From assembly GCA_000708835.1 (NCBI GenBank), contig DF237395.1, positions 1-64,000 of the forward strand: 64,000 nt of DNA, in the 5' to 3' direction. Origin of the DNA: Klebsormidium nitens (taxonomy: Eukaryota > Plantae > Klebsormidiophyceae). A program made the position numbers and the translations under genes. This document shows, piece after piece, positions 1 to 11,900 of the stretch (positions are counted from its first letter, which is position 1; each line of letters opens with the position of its first letter). The notes under the pieces are model-generated. The model did no database searches. It was not told where the DNA came from and worked only from the letters and a program-made list of their open reading frames with translations.

Positions 1-3000
1 ACTGAATGGCTTCATTTGTCGACGTAAGGTTTACATTCTGGAAGATGGCTTCAAGACTAAGGCAGTACTTTAATCCTTTTGGCATTGGTAAAGAACAATG
101 ACAACCCCGCAGAGTGACTTGCCATGCATATGGGACAAGCCATGCAGAACGCCTTCCGCATAGCCACCTTTAGTAAGGTGCGAGGTTCGCTGAAATGACC
201 ATCCATGCAAACAAGACGTAACGAAGATTCCGAATATGAAAGTCAAAGTCGCACAGCCGTTGCACTGGTCAGTCGTCCCAGTGACCACCTCAAGGAACAT
301 GGGCCCACTGATTCCTCGTTTCATGCATAGATTAATGATGGGAGTCCTCCGGAAATTGATCGTTCTTTGGGAAACGGCTTGACAATCGAACCGGGGGCTT
401 CTAAACAGCTGCCACTAAGGACCCTGCCAGAAGGGGGGTAACAGGTACCAAAGGGAGCGCTCATCAACGTAAGCTCTCCAAAAGTTGGTCGGCCGGATGC
501 AATTAAAAGGATCAACGGCCGGACGAGAGAATTCACCATCAGAACATCTAGTTCGATAAGGATCACAAGTCGGTCATCGCTGGGCTGATTACCCTGCGTT
601 TGCTGATTCCTCTTGACCATGTTCGTTGTACCCATTGCATGCATCCTGGCTTTAGACCGGAACCGAATTGGGGCCAAACAGGAGCATTACGCTCCGGATC
701 GAAAAGTGGCGGACGAACGGGAAGCCCCGGTCTGAGGCCGGTTCGCAGAGAAGAGCAACCGGTTCCCGCAAAAGCTGATTCGAGCGCCGGCCTCTAAACA
801 TTCCCGGCGGAATTCCAATGACCAGCAGGCCATGAACATTGTCATTGCCGGGAATCTCGGGAAGGGGATACACGTAACGTCCATTTGTCAACGCCATAGA
901 ATACCTACGCACTGGTGAGACTGGAGTATTTGAAGATGTAATGGCCGATTACCCGCGCGCGCGACTATGTTACCAAAAGCAAACTGCACATGTCTTACGT
1001 AGATCGTGCGGGTTTTCTGCGGGCCGCACAAGACGTCAGACCAAACCTCGCGGGAACCTGGATAAGGTCGCCGACCTTTTGCTCGGCTTGTTGATCAAAG
1101 GCGGGTTGGCTACCAAATGGTTGAGGAGGCATAGAGCTAAGAGCGGTTTTATCTTTGAAGCAGATTCACAGATTTCGTCCCTTCGTCCCCGCTGAATCTT
1201 TGAATTCTTGCTATTATGACCGTGAATTCGGAATACCGGTGAGCAGCACTGGCAGGGGCGGATAATCCGGTATCCTTCCTCTTATCGTTTGTGGCGCGGC
1301 TGAAAAAGTCTAGCTCGGACTAAAGTCGGAAGGAGCAGATACTTGAACGAGCGCAAGAAGTAACAGTACGACCGTGCCCAGAAGTCAGTGACAAGCTGTA
1401 AGGACGCGCGCAGCAACCGACGCGATCGGTCTGCAGAAAATGGCGCTAGACATATAGAAGCACGCGGCATCAGAAGTGACACTGATCCTTGACTCAAAGA
1501 ATCACGCACCGTGGCATGTCATCATTGCCGCTGTCGAGCTTGTCTCTTGAGGAGGCGTACCTCATCAAACACACGGGATGAAGTAAGGAATATTGGAAAG
1601 AGGCGTCGGTTTGCTTTTTTGAAGATTAACGGTGCCCGCTGGTAAGAAAACGTTACCTTCCTGTCAAAGTTCTTGAAGCAAGAGCAAATCAAAAAGTGAC
1701 TCTGCCGTTTAAAAGGGCTCGGCCGCGGAACCAATGACGACAGCTCGGACTTGTTAGAAGATGAACACCCGCAGCTCTCGCAGGTCACACTCACGGTCAC
1801 ACTATAGTTCCAAAATAAAGGCAGAACTCTCAGACCGGCCTGCTTTCGATCAAGGAAGTCACAAACTAGCAGGGAAGCACAACGGTGAGCCTAATGTTCT
1901 CCCCACACAACAGCATCTCCAATCTGATATCAGCGAAGAGGACTCTCAAACCAAACGCTTCAATCAGAAGCGACGGCTTCGTGGCTGACTTGGTTATGCA
2001 CAGTGCAACGTGCTTATAAGCAACGGACGGACACCTCGCCGAGCTCACGAAGTTTTGACCCTTAACCAAGGATGTCTGGGCTTACTCCGGGTTGGTTAGA
2101 AAGTGGTTCGATGTCCATAACCAGACTTGGGCGGTAACCAGGCTCGAAACAATGTCAAATCGCTGTTATTTGATGTTCATCAACCTAAGAGTCAAGTCTG
2201 GTCGTCCGCCTGGTTAGCAGCCAATTCTCCTGTGGAATACCTTCCGATGCTAATGGAGAAAATGGAAGCAAGTTTTAATAGCGTTTGCCTCTGACGGATC
2301 GGCTGGATCGGGCGTGACTTGCTGGCCACGACCGATATTGATCGTCATTGCCGCCCACGATCGAGGAAGCCAGTGAAACTTGTGTAAGTATCACGGAACG
2401 CTGTCATCCGAGTCCTACTGATAACTTTGCAGGTCTACATAACATGACCGTGATATCGGGGTTGAATAAGGAAATCAGAGTGGCCACGTGGAGCCGGGAA
2501 CAGGTTGACTTAGATCTACGATGTACATATAGATTCTCAAGAGACAGAACTGGGAGAGCATCGACCACATACGAGGATCGTCTCGAAGAGCTGATGAAAA
2601 CTCATGCTTGCGTTCAGATTGCGTGTGCAGCCGACTTGCAGTGGCTTCGTCTCAGGATCTTTTGCTGCCGGCTTTCGAGTAGGAACAGATCGACCGACCA
2701 CCCGCGCCGGCACCTCTGCAAGCAGAAGCAGAGCGTGATTGCGACCGGGTGAGCTCACCGGTCGCTTTCAAGTTAGCTTTGTTTGCCCCACAAACCTTCG
2801 GCCAAGTCAGACAACACAACCACAGAACGCCAAGATTGAAAGACGTACCCGGAACGAGCCCACCGTGACATCCTCGTCCGTTATAAATGCCCTAAGCTTG
2901 TTACGTTGACACCGCATCATCCGAAGTTTTGCGGATTGTGGGCAGTTGAGCCAAAATCCAAGCTGCACTTACATAAAAGATGCACCGGTCGGCTACGCGG

Positions 3001-5915
3001 CGAGAACCAAACAGGGAGACGCTGGCTCGGAGGTCAACCACCTCAGACTGCGATGTCGTCACACGCACGTCATCTGCTTTGTGTCCTCATTGCCTCGAGC
3101 CACACGCGCCAAACACGAGTGTTGACATTCATCATTAAAGGACACGCAATCACGTTTGTGAGATGGACGAGTGCGCTGTAGCTAAGTTATCAGCAGCCGG
3201 CTTTGAAAGCTTGGTGCGGGGCTCGTTCGGTTTACGCAGCAGCCGCCAGCTCCAGGCTGAGACGAAAACAGGTCGTGACTTTGAGAGACTTTGAGTGACT
3301 TATACCCGTTTGCAACGCTCAAAGAGCGCGCGCACGATGCTCCAAGGAACGGCTACTATAGCTTTGGTCTATGGCAAAAAGCCTATGGTTCTTAGACATA
3401 TAGGATCTCTGCTCTTAAGCAGAAGCGGAAGCGTGCGGTAATGCGTACCACACGGAGTCTGACTGGAAAACGCCTAGCTTTCGATGTGACGCACTATTCT
3501 GGCGATCAAACACCCGGCGGCGCTGTGATTCCACATTTCCATGCCATGTTGGAACCGGGAACTGCTTTCTCATTGCCACGTACTGCGAGATAGTCGGTCC
3601 TGGCCAGACGCTTCAAAGAGTGCCCAGCGAAAGCCGGTCCGTCAAAACAAACAGCATTGAAGGGTGCACCGTCAATGTGTCCTTCATCTGATGAGGGTCC
3701 AGCAACGCAATGTGTCTTAGTGTGATCGAAACATGTCCCGTTTGGAGGGGTCCTCGATTCCGATCAAGTTGTCTGACCTGTTAATCCTTCTACACGAGTC
3801 AGCAAACTCAAGGGCAGAAGGCTGAAGAGAGAGGCAGACTGTCAACAGCGCGCCCCTACCTGAGAAAGCTCCTTTGCAACCTCGCAGCCGCTCACTCGTT
3901 TGCAACCGGGTGTCGATTCTTTAGGTCGGGTACCGTCTTGTCAGCATCTAGTCGCACAGCCTTGCAGCCAAGATAGGACACAAGTGACGCTCAACAGGCA
4001 CCGACGACAGCCTGACACACAGCAACGTGAACTAGCTATGCGTACATGCGGTCAGATTGCGGGTTCCGTCCTGGTCATTGAATGCCGGCCTGAATGACCA
4101 AAAAGCCGGATATACAGAAACCGAAGTGGCCGGATCAAACACCGATCTTCTGATCCTGATCAGCTGCCTCACTGTTTCGAATCGACGCCCGCAAGTAGTG
4201 GCGGCGACCAGAAGATACTTTTTCCTGACCGAGAGAAGAATCCTCTCTTTTGCTGCAATCGTCTTCAGCGACCTGCCAAGATACTCAAGCGGCAGAATTG
4301 AAGCATTCGACAGCCGCAGGTCAAACTTCACCCCGGGATTTGATCTCCTCATGGCGCGTGCCGGCGCGTGGCATCAGGACCGAGTCAACAGCGCTGACTA
4401 CATAAAAGTCAGTATTGCTGGCCATCACTGCCGAAAAAAAAGGGTTCTCGAAATGATAGCTTATGCTGAAAGCAACGAACGTGCAGGGTCGCTATTAGAG
4501 AATGTGAGTGGGCTACGCAGGAAACAGAGAGTTGGTGATTTCCTGCCTGAAGCGTCACAAGTAACAGCTTTCGATCGTTTTTTGTTAGTGCTGAAAATGG
4601 ACAATCAGTGTCCTTGCACGAAGCGCAGCACCCAGCACTTGTTCCCGGTTGTGACCGTACTAAAGTCTGATAGACCCTTTCCTCAGAAACAATAAGATTT
4701 CACAAAAGCATGGGTTGTGTTGGACTGTAAACCCAAGCAGCGGCGGCTATATTGGACAGGACAATGGAGTGAGCCATGTGCCGGAGCACAGAGTCAAATG
4801 TCTCTTAGCGTGGCTACATCAGCTCACAGCCCTATGTTCATATTCGTACCTTAAGTTTACCCGCTGTAACAGTCATTGAACAGACGTCCTATAGAGAGGC
4901 AACCGTCAAATATGGACAGTTTGCAGGCGCCTTATCTGAGCCAGCCCGTATGAAAGCATCTAAAAGTACGGGAGAAGATAAACCGTACGGTTCAAGCATA
5001 ACCAAAGCTTCACAGCCGGCACCTAAGCTTCGGAATCCAATTCTCATGAAGAAGCATACTAAATCGCAAGGGTCCGCCGTCGATTCAAGAGACAGACGTG
5101 TGGATTGCTCTATCTTGGGGGAGGCACACTCGGACGAAGCCCAACAGCCACAAAGGAGTATGGCAGGGGTATGGCGAAGGCCGGGGTGAAGTGTCATGTT
5201 CAAGGCCAGCAATTAAGGTCAGCAGGAGCCCAAGTTCCACTTAGTAACAATGCAAAGGTTCGTTCTCAGACTTTGACTGACTTCAGGCGTTCAGACTCGC
5301 CATCTTATTTGTCGGGGTCGTGATGCCCGACCGCTGGCAGAGTCATCATTGCCTAAAAAGAAGGAGAGAAAGCACTACACTGAGCCACGACCGTCACGGA
5401 CTCATTTCAAGAGACAGTCCGTTCACAACCAACCAGACCCTCGGTCATCATGCTAGCTCTGGAGTCGGTCAATCTTGAGGCACCCCGTTTGTTCTAATAG
5501 TGAAGTTTTACTTAAGCTTGCCATACACAAGCATTCGCAGAAATGTCTTTCATACTCGTCCAATGCGTTCAAATCGTTGTTTTTGTTTCTCTTGACAACT
5601 TAGAGACACTGATGGGAACTCCTGGTAATCAAAACACAGTCGCACTGTATCGGAAGAAATCAGAACGAACGGTTGAGTCGACTCTCCGAAATACCATGTA
5701 CAAGACCGTTTTCGCAGTGTAACGGACAATAAGCCGAGAGCATGTTCGGTCGACCCCGCAAGGTAAAATAAGCCGAAGGTATGTTCGGTCGTCCAATGAA
5801 CGCTTGCAAAAGACACGATCCGGCCCGACTCAATCAGACCTAATCAGCATCTTCTGTTTGTTAGGTGTGAATCATCTCATATCTGCAAGCAATAACCCTG
5901 GCCTGACACCGGACC

Positions 5916-8900
5916 CTAGCTATCCCACGTCACCGCAAGCATGCTCCCCCCTACACCAGCGCTTCCGACTGAGGCGTCGCTTCGTAAGTCGATCGGCCCG
6001 GCCCCCATGACCGCCATCTTGAACGCGCGCCCGGCCGCAGCTTCGGACACGTGCCCCGCAACAAATGCCCCAAGTACCTGTCGGCCAAAAAGAAAACCAT
6101 CCAATTTGTAAAGGGACCACTGTTAGATTCAAACATAACGTCAAACCGTTGTCTGATTCCTGTTTTCTTTCTGATTTCGGGGCAAAGCAAGCACGTGTGA
6201 AAGGACGAGAATCTGGAGCCCTGATCGAAACCGCAAACGGAGCTTTGTGCCACTAGCTAGTGAGCCAGGTGGTGTCCCGCGAAGACACCACACAAAAGTC
6301 TAGCTGAGGGACACAGTGGCGCTTCGAGATCTGCGAGCTTGAAGTTTCTGAATTATGAGTCTTTGGGAAAGCCTTGTTTGAATCTAGACGTCAAAGCCCT
6401 CTTTCAGTGCTGCCTGATGAGAGAGGGCTGATCGTACAAGCAACAGCAAGGGGGCGCTGGAAGACGTTCTTCAGTGCCCGGACACCTCTCTACTAAGCAA
6501 GCTGGTTGCTTGTTGTCCTATTCCCGCGACCCAAGTTCCCTGGAGAAAGAGCCTGCAGAAGGAACGTCTTTCACATCTGCTGACAGAGCATCGAGAGCCA
6601 AGACGCTGATACAAAAAACTCCGGCAAGGACAAGAAATAAGGGAGCCAAACCCGAGCCTCGGAAACGAGAAGGGGACTGCTTACGGATTGGTAAGGAAGG
6701 GAGTCAGAGCAGAAAGAGACAACTACTGACCGGCAAGGAAGAAAGAACATAACAGGACCGACAATGGACCGCACAGACAGAACGGACTACTTAGTTACAA
6801 AGCAATGACTTGTGCAGAAAGGATGGAAATCGACAGCCAAAAAGGAGTGAGATTAGGAAGGACTGGTTACTGACCGCCAGGGATTCGCTCTTCCGGAACC
6901 GCCGCTGCTGTCGCTGCCCGTCCGGCAATCGGAAGGCTACCCGTGTCGAGTCCGAATCGGAAGCCGACGGCTCGTCGGGGAGAGGCGGCCAGGAAACGGA
7001 AGCGACGGGTGGTTCTTCTTCCTCTGCGGTGATAGACAAGTTTAGCGTTTGTATGCAGACGACTGGGTTCTGTGATGACTGGACCGGCAGAATACCGTCC
7101 AGCGATCAGAAGGCTACCCACGTCGAGTCCGGATCGGACGGCGACGGCTCGTCGGGGAGAGGCGGCCAGGAAACGAGGCGACCGGTTCTTGCTCTTCCTC
7201 TGCGGTGATGAAAAGATTGCGCGTTTGTATGCCGACAATGAAGGTCTGTGACGACAGGGACGGCAGAATGCCGTCCGGCAATCAGAAGACTAGCGTGTGG
7301 ACAAATCGGAAGTTGACGGGTCGTCCGGAAGAGGCGGCCAAAAGGGCTCAGATGACACGTCTTTTATGAGCCTTTCCCAACAGTGTCTAGGGCCTACCGT
7401 GAAGTATTTAACGCAAAAATCCGTGAAGTATCCAGAGCAAAGATCCAAGGGGTGCCCAAAGCAGCTGGACGGAAAGTACTTCACAAAACATATGTGTGTC
7501 CGCCACAATGAACGCCTGCGCAGCTGGGCACCACGCACAAGATAGACCAAATAACTTACTTGTCTGCCGGTTCATCCTGTGCCATCGATGAATCTCAGGA
7601 AGCAGCCCCCTCGACAAGTCTCAGTAAGCAGCCTGCTCGACAAGTCAAGCAAGAAGCACGACCAGAGACGTACCGACTTTCTCCTTCCCCTTTGCTGACG
7701 TCGGCGGTGCCGCTTCGCTGGCGCTCGGCCGCCCGGTGTCTTCCAAGGATGCCGCTAGCGCGCGCTGCAGCATCTCCTCTTCGGACTCTTCCTGGGGTGC
7801 CGCTCTGGGGGGTGCAGACTCCACTGGAACGGACCCCCCCGATTGGCGCGGGCGCTTCGTCGGGGCCTGGGGTTCCATAGGCCCGCGGTCCATAAACGGT
7901 ACCAAGTCCTGTGAGGAGAAGTCGAACCTGGTTAACAACTGACACCTGATTCACGTCAAAGGCTATGCTAGAAAGTAGCTCTCTTTCAGGGTGGAGAAAT
8001 CGGGTTGGAATCATTGGCTTTGATCGAGGCAAGCCAGTTAAGAAAAGTTATACTCCTTACAAGTCGTGCAAAGACATTGGCAGTTCCGACAAGCTGGACA
8101 GAAGGGGTGCAAAGAAGCAACCCCTAACTCTCCAAGCTTGATTTCTGATGCAAAGCTTTATCGACATACAGTATCACCCTTCTGATCCCCCTGAAGGCAA
8201 AAATCTTGCTCAAAGAAGCAACCGGCCCTGCAAATCGACAAGTCGAGAGTCACACTGACCTCCACTAACCGTTCGTGCTCCACGAACCCCTTCCAGACGT
8301 GCCGCTTTTGCCCCGTCAACGGGTCGAGGACAAGAATCACGGGCGCCTGGAACAGCTGGTAGTAGGTCAAGACCTTGCTGCCCTCTTCAGTGTCATCGTA
8401 CACCTGAGGACACGTGGAAGAATACTATTGGCAAAAGACATGCAGCTTGTTTTCGACCTTGCCGGAGAATCTATGACAAAGAGGAGTCACAGGGCCCTGG
8501 AAGGCATAGGAGTGGGTCAAGAACTTGCTGCCCTCCTCCGAGTGGTCGTACACCTGAGAGGACGTGACCGATTCAGGTGGCGAAGAATCTCAATCCGGAG
8601 CAAAAGCGGATGTTTCAGCGCAAGAGTTACCGCTGGTAGTAGCTCAAGACCTTGCTGCCCGCCTCCGTTACACCTTACACCTGAGACACAAAATGAAGGT
8701 TTGACAAAGAAGGTGTTCCAAGCCTTCTCTGAGCCTGCCAAAGAATCTTGAATGTCGAAGTGCAAGGAAGGCCTGGAACAGCTGGTAGTAGCTCAAGACC
8801 TGGCTACCCTCCTCCATATTGTCGTGCACCTAAGGACACGTGGCACTTCTTCGTAAGCGAAAGACTTGCAATGCGTTTCAGGGCCTGTCAAAACCAACAG

Positions 8901-11900
8901 TCCAAGGGCCTGGAATAAAAGACCTCGCTGCCCTTCTCCAGATCATCGCAACCTGCGTGCCACATGGCAGCAGCCTATTAGCAAACATAACCTGGGTCTC
9001 GCGTAGGTTGAAGTATCAAGGTAGAAGAAGCAAATTATCAATTCTTATCGGCTTAAAAGAAAATTTGTAGCTCCCGCTCCTTTCACTCATTGTAAGCTTG
9101 AGAAATCGTGGCGAATGCGGAGTGGCTTGGATTAGACGAATACTTCACTGGAGGACAGCTGCACATGCTGCCCTTCCTCTCAGAATTGAGTTGTGATGTG
9201 AGATGATCGAATAAACCGTGAATACCAGGGCTTCGAACTCCTATACGTTTGACTTCCCACAAATCACCGCTCAAAGTGTCCGCACAAAGATTGAGCAGTC
9301 AGTCAATCTCAAAGTCGCATGCTCGGAACGAAGGTCCAGCATCATACAATTCTTAAGTTGACACTGAATATCAGGCTCTTCCATAATCAGTGCTGCGTTG
9401 GCTACGGTCCAATTGGAGTCTTACAGTCCAAAGAACATCTCCTAAAAGCGAGACCTTAGCACTGCAACCTGTGTCAATTCGATGCGGACATGCAGTAGGG
9501 CAGCCACGCAAGACTGCGCTCACATGGACACGAACAACTGGTTTTCACCACCTTGACCAGCAACGTGTAAATCTGGGGCTCAGACCAATTGACGAGCTAA
9601 GCTTCACAGATCCTTTTATTAGACCTACTATAATAACCCTGAAGTTTTCTTGTACCATAATTTGATCGGCCTTGCCGACGAGCAGGGAGGCCATACAAAT
9701 CCGTAACTAACTTCAAGGTCAAGGGTTTTTTCAGAAAGCTTTGCAGCGGCAATCCGAGAGGCTTGTTACCTTTGGCTGAGCCCCGTTAGGGTGGACCAAA
9801 GGCCGCGTGTCTTCCTTGCCTTAGGACAGAAGATAAACGAACTGCAAAGACTGCAAAGACTGCCAGCCCTGATATCATGACGGAAAAACACAGGGGGTCA
9901 AAGCCTCAGGCTGAAAGCAGCACCGTCTCTCAATGAAGACACAACGTAGCAAGTGGACAAACATAAATCCAGACCAGACGTAGATGTTCAAGATACATCA
10001 TTGCGGTGATTGCAGATCCAAACTCTTCAGCTTCAAGAAAGAGCTAATAGTTGCTAACTGATGCGTCGCAAACTTCCTCACACGAAGAATACAAACCGCG
10101 CAATTTTGAACATTCTTTTCTTTTCTCAAGGGCAACAGTCGAAAGATTTCACAACCAGCAAAGCTAAAAAAATATGCAGAAAGAATGAGCCGTCAGGATC
10201 ATAGGGAAGAATTTGACACATTGAAGTCAGGCCCTGATCGTCACTGCCAAGTCAAAGGCAACACAAATTCGCCCCAATCTAACATGATGGGGCTAGACAC
10301 ACTGTGGTAATATCGTCCGTGAAAACCAGACCTGGACAACAATTGAGGGGGCGCCTAAACAGTATGCTGGCACATATTCCAGAAATGGAGGAAGCCTTGA
10401 AACAAGGGAGGCAATCAAAAGCATAGGCCGATCTTCGGCTCCGTTTGGCAAGACACATACTATTGCCTTCATGTCAATCGCCGCGTAATAACCTATACAA
10501 ATATTTCCAGAGAAGTGGTGGGCTTTTGTTGTGAGAACTGCGGAGCTTTCAGACTCCAATACCATCATAGCAGACTTTGGGGCTTGGATCCGCATCCAAC
10601 CAACACAGAGTCCGAGACTTTGAAGGCCTCGAAAGCAAGGAGGAGGTTTGTGAGGAGGCAAACGTCCATTTGAATCCAAACGGGCCTGACTTTTCACCTT
10701 CGTTCCTGTTATTGAGCTCGTCCCCACGTCTGCTCCAGAAAACCGTACAAAGGGCGATTCGGGGCTCAAACCAAGAATTGCGAAACATGGACTTGGACAT
10801 AAACCCTTCAAACAACGACTTGGACACCTTAGCTGTTAACACATCCACCTCCGATTGCGATGCGAAAATGGACTTCAACCAAAGCCAATTTGTGGACCAA
10901 GCCAATAGCAGAGCAGGGAACAAAGCGGCGTCCCATGTGGCTGATGAAAGTGCATGTTTTAATTGATGGAGCCCCAACAACAGGAGAGGAAAGCTTGTCA
11001 CGAGCTAAACGTAGTTGAGCAATTATCAGCGGGGCACGCATATGCTATCAGCCCAGAAAAGCGACGCTTGTGGTCAGCACCGTGTATCCACATGCCAAGG
11101 GGCGTCCGGAAAACTAGTCAACGCCGCTCCCAGATCAGCCCAGTTCCAGGGGTTTTCGAGGAAGGGCAATCTTTTTCAGCCCTCCGGGTCTTGTCAACTG
11201 GATTGCTTCCCTGTTTCACCAGATCTTGCTCGTTCAAATGTAAGAACCAAGATACGGCTGCACACGAAAACACTACCAACAGGGCATTCTGGCCGCTTCT
11301 GGCCATTGCCTTCGACGACGTCAACAAGTGGCAAGGGCATTGGTAAACCCGAACGAACCCAAAGTCGTTAAATCCACCAAGAAATATTCCATACAAGCAG
11401 GCCAGTAAGCAGAGGTACCGAGTAGGCGAGCCAGAGCATCTTGAACTCTGCCCCAACCTGATGCGGCTGCGATGCACACAATTCAAAGGCTAGCACAAAA
11501 ACCTAGGATCTGGCGTTCCGTGGCGTGTCTGCAGGAGGTGCATCTCCCCAGATGCAATAGAAACATTCGCAAGACGTTTGAAGATGAAAACCTCTTGGGT
11601 TTCGAACTGCTCGGAGCGAAGGCGAAACCGCCCTACTTGTGCAAGGAGGATGACAAACGGCGTTGAGTCAGTGGCACTCAAGGAAGGAAGAAAGCACACT
11701 GTTCCAAATATTCTGCAGCACCGATTTTAGGCATGCAACAGCAGAACCATGAGGCCAGAAGCAATCATGAAACAACATCGACCGTGGTCATCGATCCCAA
11801 AGATGGATCCTCGGTCTGTTACGGCTTATCTTCAAGCCTGAGAACACGAATCAACGACGCTCTTTTGCGAAAGATTTCCTTCCCAAAACGAGAGAACGTT

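Noticed and set aside
70-324. GVLHGLSHMH resembling kinase subdomain VIa
   Set aside because: No HRD or DFG motif follows and no neighbouring kinase exons were found; probably chance.
4330-4430. Minus-strand FYVVSAVDSVLMP resembling the fasciclin H2 motif
   Set aside because: Isolated short match; the rest of a FAS1 domain was not found.
4057-4695. 212-codon plus-strand ORF
   Set aside because: Non-ATG start, no recognisable domain and no splice-consistent partners; not supportable as a gene.
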